Position numbers and translations under genes: made by a program | Origin: Eledone cirrhosa | Taxonomy: Eukaryota | Length of the DNA: 64,000 nt | Assembly (NCBI GenBank): GCA_964016885.1 | Contig: OZ024749.1 | Location: 16,430,001-16,494,000 of the forward strand | Direction of reading: 5' to 3' | Part shown: in pieces, positions 16,748 through 28,903 of the stretch | Numbering within the stretch: the first letter of the stretch is position 1 | Layout of the letters: each line of letters starts with the position of its first letter | Notes under the pieces: generated by a model | The model's database searches: none | What the model was told of the DNA's origin: nothing | The model's input: only the letters and a program-made list of their open reading frames with translations

Positions 16748-17441
16748 TATTTTTATATTCTTTTAATTTCCCCTCATCTTTAACAGCACTTTTCAACTGC
16801 ATCTAACTCTTATTTATCATATCTATATGCATTAGTATAATTTTATCAATATAAATATACCCATCAATTAAATTAATTTATATTCTTTTCATAGATGTAT
16901 TTTTTTCACTAACACTCTTATCATAAAATTGTAGTCTCCTTAGATATTTGCATTGGCATTACTGGTTTATAACAGCAACTGCTCATATACTTTTTACTGA
17001 CATGACCTATTTTCACCCCTAAAATAACTTTCTCATTCTTCACACTCCATTCAAAACTGAAATCTGCCTTATTCTACCCCTAAAATAAGCTTCAATTACT
17101 ACTATTTTACCATTTGGCCAATTATTAACTTTCTATTGGTTAATTCTAAAACTCTTACCAAACAGACAGAATATATTAGATTTTTGTTGGTTTTATTCAA
17201 TGAACAAATATAATTATTTCTGGGGTCAGCATACGACCTATTTTCATCCCTAAAATAATCTTTCATTCATAATATTCTTTTCCATCCAAAACTGAAATCT
17301 ACCTTCCTCTACCCATAATTTAAGGTTCTTCTACTACTATATTACTATCTTGACTCTCACTATCTCTCTATTGGTCAATTCAAAACCTGTTCCCAAACAG
17401 ACCTATTGTATTGAATCTTTGTTTTTTTCAATAAACAAATA

Positions 17442-17583
17442 TCATTATTTCTGAAGACAGCATATATATGTGTAGGTATGTATATTCCCTCTGATAGTTT
17501 GTATAAATATTGTACATAGATCTATAGAATATGCATACCAACTCTAACACATATATATCCTAGAAACGATCGTAAAATGATGA
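17442..17583 (+). ncRNA. Type I hammerhead ribozyme with about 105-nt stem II domain
   Basis: tcattattt-CTGAAGA-...atatatatgtgt/acacatatatat and ggtatgtatattc/gaatatgcatacc...-GAAA-cgatcg-TA-aaatgatga. Stem I is 9 bp. Confidence 0.82.
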
Positions 17584-17642
17584 ATTTTTTTAAATATAAG
17601 GAACTGTTTCTTTGTTTATTTATTATTTTATTAATTTATATA

Positions 17643-17706
<64 letters not shown>

Positions 17707-17819
17707 CATATATATATAGCATATATATATATATATAGCATATATATATATATATATATATAGCATATATATATATATATAGCATATATATATATATACC
17801 ATATATATATATATATAGC

Positions 17820-17854
<35 letters not shown>

Positions 17855-17922
17855 ATATATATATATATAGCGTATATATATATATAGCATATATATATAT
17901 AGCGTATATATATATATATATA

Positions 17923-17968
<46 letters not shown>

Positions 17969-18244
17969 CATATATATATATATAGCATATATATATATAG
18001 CGTATATATATATATATATATATATATATAGCATATATATATATATATAGCATATATATAGCATATATATATAGCATATATATATATAGCATATATATAT
18101 ATATAGCATATATATATATATATATAGCATATATATATATATAGCATATATATATAGCATATACATATATATATATAGCATATATATATATATATATAGC
18201 ATATATATATATATATATTGCATATATATATATATAGCATATAT

Positions 18245-18302
18245 GTTCTGTTATTAATTCTGGCAATATTACACAAATATGACCCTCCCCAAGTATAACA
18301 AT
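18245..18302 (+). mobile_element. 3' tip (about 58 bp) of the PLE at 20835-22487
   Basis: gttctgttattaattctggcaatattaca...gaccctccccaa.tataacaa matches 22430-22487. Confidence 0.85.
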
Positions 18303-18358
18303 ATATATATATATATATAGCATATATATATATAGCATATATATATAGCATATATACC

Positions 18359-18417
<59 letters not shown>

Positions 18418-18444
18418 GTACATATATATAGATAGATAGATAGA

Positions 18445-18488
<44 letters not shown>

Positions 18489-18491
<3 letters not shown>

Positions 18492-18622
18492 AAAAAGTAT
18501 GACCTCGACGGCAGAGCTCTGCCGTCGGGGTCATATTTTTTCCTATTTCCCACTCTACTACCCTTTTTTTTAGTACTTTGGTGCGTTATGGTCCATCTGG
18601 TTCCTTACCACAATTCCTTTGT
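18489..18622 (+). mobile_element. Short fold-back insert; same family as 2913-3048
   Basis: Hairpin aggaaaaagtatgacctcgacggcag/ctgccgtcggggtcatattttttcct plus the shared tail gtactttggtgcgttatggtcca. Confidence 0.75.
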
Positions 18623-18649
18623 TATATATATATATAGAGATAGATAGAT

Positions 18650-18761
<112 letters not shown>

Positions 18762-18837
18762 ATAAATATATATATATATAGCATATGTAGAATATATATA
18801 TATATATGTATATATAGCCTATATAGAATATATATAT

Positions 18838-19293
18838 TAGTTTGATTAAAATAACAGGAGGCCGGACTGATGAAGTTCCCTTAAAGTTGTATCGTTGCAC
18901 AAACAATGCTGGGTAACAACAATAATACCTACTTCACCGAATCAAATATCTGTATTTATTTTTTTTTTCTATTTGTGTTTGCCGTAATTCCTTTATTGAT
19001 TAACTAATTATGCATTACACACCTGATGATGTCACCAGGATCTTACGTAACCAGGCCATTGAAATCTATATAGTGGTTTTGCAACAATAAAAAAATGTAA
19101 GGGATCTTCACCAGTCCGGCAATCCTGCTATTTTAATCCAACTTATATCAACCTCCGTTCCCGCACCACCCAAAGGATTCCACATCAACGATGGATGAGT
19201 TGCATAACATTGACTACTTTTCCTACTAGTACCTCAGGGTGGACTATACGGAATGACCAGTTCTATCCAGTGGTGAACCACTAAACTTAACTA
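18838..19293 (+). mobile_element. PLE pLTR-type insert with inverted 5' piece and degenerate hammerhead (19020-19074)
   Basis: 18839-18875 is inverted at 19106-19143. cac-CTGATGA-tgtcacc...catt-GAAA-tctata-TA-gtg. 3' end shared with 20542-20580. Confidence 0.65.
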
Positions 19294-19312
19294 TTTATAT
19301 ATTCATATTATA

Positions 19313-19393
<81 letters not shown>

Positions 19394-19403
19394 ACACGCA
19401 TAT

Positions 19404-19825
19404 CAGGGGCGGTTGAAGCATTTCTTAATGGGGAGGGGCAAATTTCGTCAATTTAGTTTTAGTAATTAGTTTAGATCTTTGCACTGTAAAATTGTCAGAA
19501 AATGTAATTTGAGACCAAGCAGGTCATATTGCATCTACAGCTTTCAATAATTATAAATAGATTATAGTAAAATGACCTATGAAATCTGTCTCTGAATAAA
19601 CAAACTAGCAATTGGCAAATCGTGATATATGGAGAAAAAATATGACATGACAAAAAAATTTATATATTACCGTGTTATTATCAAATATCAACCAAGATAT
19701 TAAAGACTTCGATGTGCGATAAACATAACATGTACATAAATTGTAGCGCATATACAAATAGTAGTTTGGTAGTTTGTGGAGAAAAATATAATTACTGGGG
19801 TGGGGGGTGGCATGACCTGGAGTGA
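19404..19825 (+). mobile_element. Possible hAT-type MITE remnant
   Basis: Begins CAGGGGCGG...GGGGAGGGGCAAA with a G-rich subterminal block near 19796-19812. No matching right TIR or TSD found. Confidence 0.3.
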
Positions 19826-19829
19826 CTCT

Positions 19830-20160
19830 TTGATATCCGAACTTTACACTCTATCGAGTAATGTTACTCCAGAGACCCTTCGGAAGAACCCCATTTTGGC
19901 CACTTTGGCTTTTACACCAACCTCCCTTATGTTTACCGAATGCTGAAGCATTACTGCACCAGCTCCTGCAATTCTTGCACTTAATTCAGTCTCCTGCCTT
20001 CCATCACTCGTGAACACATCCCTGAGATACTTGAACTTCTCTACCTGCTACATTCGAACTCCATTCACATGTAAAGTGCACTGCGTGGGCTTCCTTGGGA
20101 GGACGAGTGTTTCAGTTTTCGCAGCACTGCTTTTCATTCCAACCATACAGCACTCGGTAT
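19830..20160 (-). pseudogene. Decayed RTE-type LINE RT C-terminal fragment
   Basis: Minus strand reads ...VEKFKYL...TSDGRQETELSARIAGAGAVM... and ...MGFFRRVSGVTLLDRV with frameshifts. Confidence 0.7.
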
Positions 20161-20224
20161 AGGCTTAATGCCGAGTATATATATATTATATATATATATT
20201 ATATATATATATATATTATATATA

Positions 20225-20260
<36 letters not shown>

Positions 20261-20262
<2 letters not shown>

Positions 20263-20590
20263 ATAATGAAATGACAGGAGGCTGGATTTGTGTAAATCCT
20301 TGAAAGGTTTATTATACTATGATCATTTCAATGACCGGGTTCCGTATGATATCACCGGATTCATACGGAACCCGGTCATTGAAATGATCATCGTATAATA
20401 AACCTTTCAAGGATTTACACAAATCCAGCCTCCTGTCATTTCATTATAATATTTAACTCCGTAATAGCACCACGAACTACAAAAACAAAGACGGTTGAAC
20501 TGCTTTACGTTGAGTACTCTCTATATTATTACATTGCGATTGACCATACGGAATTGACCAGCTCTATCCAGTGGTGAACCTCAAACCTGA
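20261..20590 (+). mobile_element. Fold-back PLE pLTR insert (about 88-bp arms) truncated inside its hammerhead
   Basis: 20264-20349 is the reverse complement of 20361-20446. GAAA-tgatca-TC is present. Homologous to 19027-19070. Confidence 0.75.
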
Positions 20591-20783
20591 ATATATATAT
20601 TATATATATATATATATTAGATATATATATTATATATTATATATATATATATTATATATATATATATATTATATATATATATTATATGTATATACATTAT
20701 ATATATATATTATATATTATATATATATATTATATATTATATATTATATATATGTATATATATATTATATATATATATTATAT

Positions 20784-20814
<31 letters not shown>

Positions 20815-20834
20815 ATATGTGTGTGCGTGCGTGC

Positions 20835-21995
20835 GATATCGTAAACGATATCAATATAGTTATAAGAACACCCCCACTAGAGAGCACTAACAAGTTTGAT
20901 TTAGAACGTAGCACGATGGAAAGCATCCAGCAGATAGCTAATTCCATACACCAGAGTATAACTGTAACTATCGACTTCCCTTCCAAACACCCTAACAATA
21001 GACTACCTGTATTAGACACAGAACTCTGGATTAACACTATAGACGAGAGAGCCCAAATTCTCCACTCACACTATGCTAAACCCATGGCCTCCAAATACCT
21101 GATACTCAAAAATTCAGCAATGTCCAGTAGTGCTAAGTTTAATATTCTGATCGCAGATTTGGTACGAGTGATGAAGAATGTGTCCCGCATGTGCGACCCA
21201 ACAGAAATGGAAAGACACATCCAACACTTCATCAACCGCATGCAGTTCTCTGGCTACAACCAAAGAGACAGAGTTAGAGTATACGAAGGAGCCATGGAGA
21301 AGTATAAGACCCTCATAGAACTGGACATGAAAGGAATTTGCCCATTATACAGGAGCAAATCATGGAATAGCTTAGATAGGGCTAGACATAAGATAGGGAA
21401 AGCCACCTCATGGTACGACAACCAGAGATACCAGAGTGTCATGTTTGTGGACGCTACCCCCGGAGGGAAATTAGCTAACCAGTGTAGAAAGGCCCTGAGA
21501 AAGACCCACTTAAAAATTAAGGTGGTAGAAAAGCCAGGAACCACCATAAAATCCCTGATCAGCAAAACCTACCCTTTTAAGAAAACCCACTATACCAATA
21601 GGAAGTGTATCATATGTAAGGTAAACCCCCGGATAAACTGTAAAACTAGAAACGTAGTCTATAGCATAAGATGTACAGAGGGTACTTGCAGAAACATGAC
21701 AACAACATACATAGGTGAGACAGCTCGTAGCATAGGTGAAAGGATAGACCAACACTGGGGGGAACTAAAAGGACGAAAAAACGGGTCAGTACTATACGAA
21801 CATGCTAGACAACACCATGACGGTAACATAGACAACATAGAAATTAGAATAATATCTAAACATAGAAATGACCCAGCAGATAGGCAAATCAGAGAGGCCA
21901 GTGAAATAGAAATTAGAAGGCCAAGATTAAACAGAAAGAATGAATGGAATAACAACAACACCCAAACAAACAACACTGACCTAAGAGAAGTATAA
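20835..21995 (+). CDS. PLE RT C-terminus plus GIY-YIG endonuclease (5'-truncated; upstream YI part of the listed ORF is microsatellite)
   Basis: Unique part of ORF 20571-21995 is uninterrupted. Confidence 0.85.
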   Translation, partial: DIVNDINIVIRTPPLESTNKFDLERSTMESIQQIANSIHQSITVTIDFPSKHPNNRLPVLDTELWINTIDERAQILHSHYAKPMASKYLILKNSAMSSSAKFNILIADLVRVMKNVSRMCDPTEMERHIQHFINRMQFSGYNQRDRVRVYEGAMEKYKTLIELDMKGICPLYRSKSWNSLDRARHKIGKATSWYDNQRYQSVMFVDATPGGKLANQCRKALRKTHLKIKVVEKPGTTIKSLISKTYPFKKTHYTNRKCIICKVNPRINCKTRNVVYSIRCTEGTCRNMTTTYIGETARSIGERIDQHWGELKGRKNGSVLYEHARQHHDGNIDNIEIRIISKHRNDPADRQIREASEIEIRRPRLNRKNEWNNNNTQTNNTDLREV

Positions 21996-22235
21996 ATAAG
22001 TAACTAAAATAAAATAAATAAATAAATAAATAAATACATACAGAAACACAATAACAACAAGCACATAAACACACACTAGTCACCCATCACACAGCAAACA
22101 AAACACTATACACACACGCAAACGCATGCGCAAAGAAGACAAAATAAAATAAACAAACAAGCAAATAAGTAAATAAATATATAGACAGACTGAATAAAAA
22201 TGGCGTAGACATATAATACAACAGGAGGAAACGAT

Positions 22236-22300
22236 AACACCACTGACGATGTTGCAGATGTGCAACGAAAGATATATGATAAACTATATATATGTGTTTG
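22236..22300 (+). ncRNA. Hammerhead-like motif
   Basis: CTGACGA-t-gttgca(gatg)tgcaac-GAAA. Stems I and III are imperfect. Confidence 0.55.
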
Positions 22301-22577
22301 TGTCTATAGTGTATCTGTATTATTTTTGACCGTCGGTCAGTCAATGGCAACATTGAGGACCGAGTATATTAGATTACCGATATAAAAAACACAGAAGCGA
22401 GAAGCGAAAACCAACCAAACAGTGAGTGTGTTCTGTTATTAATTCTGGCAATATTACATGCATATGACCCTCCCCAATTATAACAATATATATATATATA
22501 CATATATACATATACATATATATATATACATATATATATAAATACATATACATATATATATACGTATACATATATAC

Positions 22578-22628
<51 letters not shown>

Positions 22629-22669
22629 AATACATATACATATATATATATACATATATATATATATAC

Positions 22670-22700
<31 letters not shown>

Positions 22701-22711
22701 CATATATATAC

Positions 22712-22752
<41 letters not shown>

Positions 22753-22933
22753 AATATATACATAAATATATATATATATACATATATATATATACATATA
22801 AATACATATATATATACATATAAATACATATAAATACATATATATATATACATATATATACATATATATATACATATAAATACATATATATATATACATA
22901 TATATATATACATATATATATATATACATATAT

Positions 22934-22966
<33 letters not shown>

Positions 22967-22967
22967 T

Positions 22968-23558
22968 ATGGTGGCTGCCAACTCGTTTTCGAGTACGGCC
23001 ACTACTTTATATCCATGTAGGAGAACCCCTACCGATGCGCTCAACGAGTGTGACTTTTTAGTCCAGCCGGTGACTTAAAGACTTTGGTACAAACACTACA
23101 CTTGTGATAATTACTGACACATAGTGCAGGGCCCATGGTACCATGTGTCAACAAGTGCAGAGAAATCTCCAGATATAAAGCAATACCTGTGCCGTGAAGC
23201 TTTTATAGTGAGCAAAGGCACTGCACAAAACCAGTCCCACTCTCTTAACCAAGATGATATTTACCAAAAAGAAGAACATGTCAACATCATTGGATACCAT
23301 CAGAGTTTTCCTTCTCCTAGAATTCTGCCTTGACAAAGGCTTAGGGGTCATCTCTCCCGGTGATTTTGGATGGCCATTGACTCTTAAGAGCTCCTTCGCC
23401 CTTTGACAGGTTTTGTTTTTAGTCCTGCAGGATGTCCAAAGTCACCCTCCTCACCAAGAAACCTTGGTGGGGTTGCCAGTTTAGTCGCCAACGACCCGAC
23501 CATGAGACAGGTTATACTGGGATACATGTTTCCAGTAGCACCAACTGGTGACCTGACA
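22968..23558 (-). mobile_element. Non-autonomous bipartite RTE-derived element (SINE-like), near full length
   Basis: Reverse complement of 63393-64000 apart from a short internal deletion. Homologous to both ends of the RTE at 43240-47427. Confidence 0.9.
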
Positions 23559-23661
23559 TAATATATGTATGTGCATATATATATATATATATATATATGT
23601 GCATATATATATATATACACACATGTATATATAATATATATATATATATATATACACACAC

Positions 23662-23703
<42 letters not shown>

Positions 23704-23725
23704 TATATAATATATATATATACAC

Positions 23726-23795
<70 letters not shown>

Positions 23796-23876
23796 TATAC
23801 ATATATATATAATATATATATATATAAACATATATATATAATATATATATATATACACACATAAATATATATATAT

Positions 23877-23917
<41 letters not shown>

Positions 23918-24135
23918 TAATATATATATATATATATACACACATATATATAATATATATATATATACACATATATATAATATGTATATATATATACACA
24001 TATATATATAATATATATATATATATACACATATATATATAATATATATATATACACATATATATATAATATATATATATATATACACATATATATATAT
24101 AATATATATATATATATATACACATATATATATAT

Positions 24136-24176
<41 letters not shown>

Positions 24177-24205
24177 TATATATATACACATATATATATA
24201 TATAT

Positions 24206-24351
<146 letters not shown>

Positions 24352-24395
24352 ATATATATATATATATACACATATATATATATATATATATACAC

Positions 24396-24543
<148 letters not shown>

Positions 24544-24673
24544 GCACACATATATATATATATATATATATACACCTATATATATATATATATATACACA
24601 TATATATATATATATATACACATATATATATATATATACACATACATATATACACACATATATATATATATAT

Positions 24674-24716
<43 letters not shown>

Positions 24717-24769
24717 TATATATACACATATATATATATACATACACACATATATATATATATATATAT

Positions 24770-24814
<45 letters not shown>

Positions 24815-25111
24815 AAATTGAGGTTGGTAATGGCACATGGAATATATAAGAGACAGAATACTTTTTTGTGAAAAAACATAATTTTATAAGGTAAGGAAAT
24901 AATAAAGGGTATAAAAAATGACCGGTTTCGATGGGTCTGCAAAAGCCATCTTTTCAAATGTTGATTAATATTAAGAAAAATTAATAATACGAAGAGTTAA
25001 AATTTGAGACTTGAAAATTCAAGTATAAAATTCATTGTGGGATTTCATAGCAGTTTTCATCTAGGTAGCAACAACAGGTTGACTGCTGTGTCCCTTTCTG
25101 GTAGTGAATGA

Positions 25112-26272
25112 GAACCTAGTCATGGGATTCCATGAACAACAAATATACAGTCAGTCCCTTCTCTTATTTGGAGACTCTTTCCACACACACCTCAAAGCCA
25201 ATTGGAAAAGATATCTAGACGACCGCTTTATCCTATGGCAAGAAGACATGAACTCACTTACTACGTTTAAAAACATGATAAACAACATAGATAATAACAT
25301 ACAATTCACAATGGAATCCAATCCTAAGGAATTAGCCTTCTTGGATATTCTCATCTCTGTAATAGACGGGAAATTAGATACAGATATATTCTATAAACCC
25401 ACAGATTCCAAGCAATACCTCTTTTTCACATCAAGTCACCCAAAACATACAAAACTTAACATTCCTTACAATTTGGCAAACGTATATGTACCATAGTATC
25501 AGATCCACCTAAACGGGAGCAAAGACTAAAGGAACTAAAAGACACCCTTATCTTAAGAGCCTTTCCACTTGAAATAATCAACAATGGAATAGACAGGGCA
25601 AAACACCTAAATCCCCATCAACTTAACAATCCAAAACAGAAAACCACACTCAACACCCTGCCATATGTATCCACTTTCAACCCCAGAAATACCGAAATGT
25701 TTGATCACCTACACAAAAACCTCCCCATCCTACTTAAAGATGTAAAAATGAAGTCTATTCTTGAAACACACAAGATCCTTAAAAGTAAAAGACAACCCAA
25801 ATCACTTAAACGCATTCTCACTGGACCAAATATACCCAAACCAATCCTCAACCCTACAGTTACCAAATGTGGTAGAACAAACTGTGGAACGTGCCTCTAC
25901 CTCACTGAAGGACAAACATTTACATTCAAAGATGGCCAAACATTTACAGTAAAAAACAATTTCACCTGCAACTCGGAGAACTTGATTTACGCAATAACTT
26001 GCGGTGGGTGCAAACACAACTACATAGGACAGACGGGCACCTCATTACGCAAAAGAATGACCATCCACCGCCAACAAATCCGGGACGCTAACACAAGAAA
26101 AATCCCCTTGAGCAGCCATATTGCGAACTGCGCAGGAATGACACTACCCAACTTTAAAATCTTCCCCTTCTACAAGTGCTCAGATTCGTTCACACAACAA
26201 CAAAGAATAAACAAAGAAAATCTATTCCTTAACAAATTTAAACCAAAACTAAACGGGTTATCACCCCAATAG
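25112..26272 (+). pseudogene. 5'-truncated tandem copy of the PLE RT/GIY-YIG ORF
   Basis: Nearly identical to 29989-31149, with a 1-bp deletion near 25475 and YLDDC changed to YLDDR. Confidence 0.92.
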
Positions 26273-26816
26273 AATTGTCATAAAATATAAACACACATAC
26301 GCACGGAATTACTACTATTAAAGACCAGAGACCAATTCTGTAGAATCAGGTTTATTCATTGACAGACCATGCCTTTGTGTGACCAACACATCCATGTTAA
26401 ACCCTGCACGTGCACACACGTATATCTATATATATATGCGCACACAGAATTATTTTAATTTCACTGCCCCAACTTCTTATATTATGGAAAAAATATATGT
26501 GTCTGTATGTATATATATATATATATATATTTGAAGGCCATTTCTCTGTGTGTGGGTGTATGTATGTGTGTGTGTGTGTGTGTGAGTATGTGTGTGCATG
26601 TGGATGTATGTATTGTGTGTGCGTGTGTGTGTGTGTGTGTGTATGTATGTGGGTATCTGGATGTATGCGTATGTGTATATATATATATATGCATGTGTGT
26701 GTGTGTGTGCGTGTATATATATGTGTGTGTATGTGTGTATATATATGTGTGTGTGTGTGTGTATGTTTGTATGTGTGTATGTATATATATATGTGTGTGT
26801 GTATGTATGTGTGGGG

Positions 26817-26880
<64 letters not shown>

Positions 26881-26887
26881 GTGTGTG

Positions 26888-26932
<45 letters not shown>

Positions 26933-26963
26933 GTGTATCTGGATGTATGTGTATGTATATATA

Positions 26964-27020
<57 letters not shown>

Positions 27021-27091
27021 ATGTGTATATATATGTGTGTGTGTGTGTGTATGTGTGTATGTATATGTATGTGTGTGTGTATGTATGTGTG

Positions 27092-27144
<53 letters not shown>

Positions 27145-27420
27145 ATATGTATGTGTATGTATGTGTGGATGAAGGTATGTGTGTGTATATTGCTTCCACC
27201 CCCTCACTGACCAGCAGCTGGCTATTGCTAAATCTGACCTTTATAAAATAACCCACACCCCAAATAACTTCTCATTCACTACCAGAAAGGGACACAGCAG
27301 TCAACCTGTTGTTGCTACCTAGATGAAAACTGCTATGAAATCCCACAATGAATTTTATACTTGAATTTTCAAGTCTCAAATTTTAACTCTTCGTATTATT
27401 AATTTTTCTTAATATTAATC

Positions 27421-27470
27421 AACATTTGAAAAGATGGCTTTTGCAGACCCATCGAAACCGATCATTTTTT
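27421..27470 (+). ncRNA. Hammerhead (U3-A8 variant) in the upstream pLTR
   Basis: aacat-TTGAAAA-gatgg...ccatc-GAAA-ccga-TC-atttt, about 170 nt upstream of the ORF1 ATG. Confidence 0.65.
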
Positions 27471-27637
27471 ATACCCTTTATTATTTCCTTGCCTTATAAA
27501 ATTATGTTTTTTCACAAAAAAGTATTCTGTCTCTTATATATTCCATGTGCCATTACCAACCTCAATTTTCTCTATAACCTTCGTTTTGTGTAGAAAATTA
27601 CACTTTTCATATATACTAACCTACGCAAATCCGGAAA

Positions 27638-28903
27638 ATGGCACTGGAACAAGACAACACCACTTCAAACTCCAATATCAATGAGGAAATCCTGAAAATC
27701 CTAAAAGAGATAAATGGAAAACTCACCATTCTGACAAAAAAACAGGATATACCCCAAACCACCACACCGACTGACAACCAAATTTATTTAAACGTTCAAA
27801 ACGTATGCAACTCCATCGAAAAACTTATGAATACCAACACAGAACAAACGACATTGCTCCATATCAAAAACCAAATGGGACACCTCTGGAAAAAACATCT
27901 AAAAACCAGAAAATTCACTTTCTGGAATATGATAAAAAACCTCAACAAAGCTGGAATTTACCAAAAATGGATTAACTCAACACCGATAGTTTTACCACGT
28001 AAATTCCAAATAAAGCATATTACAAACGAACCTGAACCAGAAAGAAAACTCCGTGAACAAATGTCACTCAACAGGATAAACATGGAAATAGAACTCCTAA
28101 AATTAAGGGCCACCTCAAACGAGCAAGAGTATAAGGATACTGATAAAAATATGGAGGAAGAATGCACTAAAAAGGCCGAGGGAACAACCCTACAAAATTT
28201 AATCAAATCGTGGAAACAGGACTGCGAGAATGCAGAAACTATTTCCCTTAAACGGTGGGAAAAATCCGAAAACTGGTTCCTCAAATATGAAGAAGACTTT
28301 AAAAGGACGCACCAAACAGGTAACCCCTTTATAAAGCATTTGAACATAACAAGAACTACAACAGACACATTTACACCACCAAACCCAACACACACTAACC
28401 ACAGGCACATCCCCCACCAACACAAACCAAATACGGCCAACTACACCAAAAGAAACACACCCAACCACCACAACACAGGTTTCCGTAGAAATGCCCCCTA
28501 CATAAACCAACGACGAAATAACATAGATCCAACTCACAACACACACACCACATTCCTCAGAAGAAATCCACCCAGGCCACTTGAAATCACAACAGAACTT
28601 ACCCACAACCACACCAGACATCACCCTCAATCCAACAAAAGACAACCCCCCAGCCTCAACACTCTGTACCACAGAAATAACGCACCCAGACCACATGAAC
28701 CAACAACAGAACCCTTGCTCATCAACAACCACAACACATACCACCCCCACCATCACATTCACCCTCATGAAACAACAAGCTACAGACCCACACGCAACAG
28801 ACCAACAAAATATAATCACACACAAAACTACATTCCTTTTTTAGGGAAAAGCCTGAAATACCAGGATACTCGATGGCCCCCCCTCAGGAGAAACCAAAAA
28901 TAA
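27638..28903 (+). CDS. PLE ORF1: predicted coiled-coil N-half and disordered H/P/R/T/N-rich C-half (421 aa)
   Basis: Open from ATG to stop. Homologous to 52639-53757 ([33 protein letters not shown]). Confidence 0.85.
   Translation: MALEQDNTTSNSNINEEILKILKEINGKLTILTKKQDIPQTTTPTDNQIYLNVQNVCNSIEKLMNTNTEQTTLLHIKNQMGHLWKKHLKTRKFTFWNMIKNLNKAGIYQKWINSTPIVLPRKFQIKHITNEPEPERKLREQMSLNRINMEIELLKLRATSNEQEYKDTDKNMEEECTKKAEGTTLQNLIKSWKQDCENAETISLKRWEKSENWFLKYEEDFKRTHQTGNPFIKHLNITRTTTDTFTPPNPTHTNHRHIPHQHKPNTANYTKRNTPNHHNTGFRRNAPYINQRRNNIDPTHNTHTTFLRRNPPRPLEITTELTHNHTRHHPQSNKRQPPSLNTLYHRNNAPRPHEPTTEPLLINNHNTYHPHHHIHPHETTSYRPTRNRPTKYNHTQNYIPFLGKSLKYQDTRWPPLRRNQK
28837..28843 (+). promoter_or_regulatory. Putative -1 frameshift slippery site T_TTT_TTA
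   Basis: In the ORF1 frame (cct ttt tta ggg). The -1 frame is open from 28816 into the RT ORF. Confidence 0.7.

Larger units (their letters stand above)
15486..17638 (+). mobile_element. 5'-truncated PLE (C-terminal GIY-YIG region, long 3' UTR with about 230-bp tandem duplication, hammerhead)
   Basis: [10 protein letters not shown]...; SCNCRNKANCPLKGNC...IVYKC...YIGAT...FKVRFNTH...CRLC. 17004-17228 is duplicated at 17235-17460. Confidence 0.85.
20835..22487 (+). mobile_element. 5'-truncated PLE, Naiad-like clade (tentative)
   Basis: RT C-terminus LPVLDTELW...HYAKPMASKY...SAM; GIY-YIG NVVYSIRC...YIGETARS..ER..QH. 3' UTR has a hammerhead-like core. Confidence 0.85.

Noticed and set aside
18867-18875. 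CTGATGA as an additional hammerhead (also 16413)
   Set aside because: No stem II/GAAA partner. At 18867 the mirror arm reads ctggtgaag, so it is a chance match.
23124-23351. Recurrent 60-100 aa ORFs (MQGPWYHV..., MVSNDVD...) in several places
   Set aside because: They recur only because they lie in copies of the bipartite RTE element; starts and stops vary between copies.
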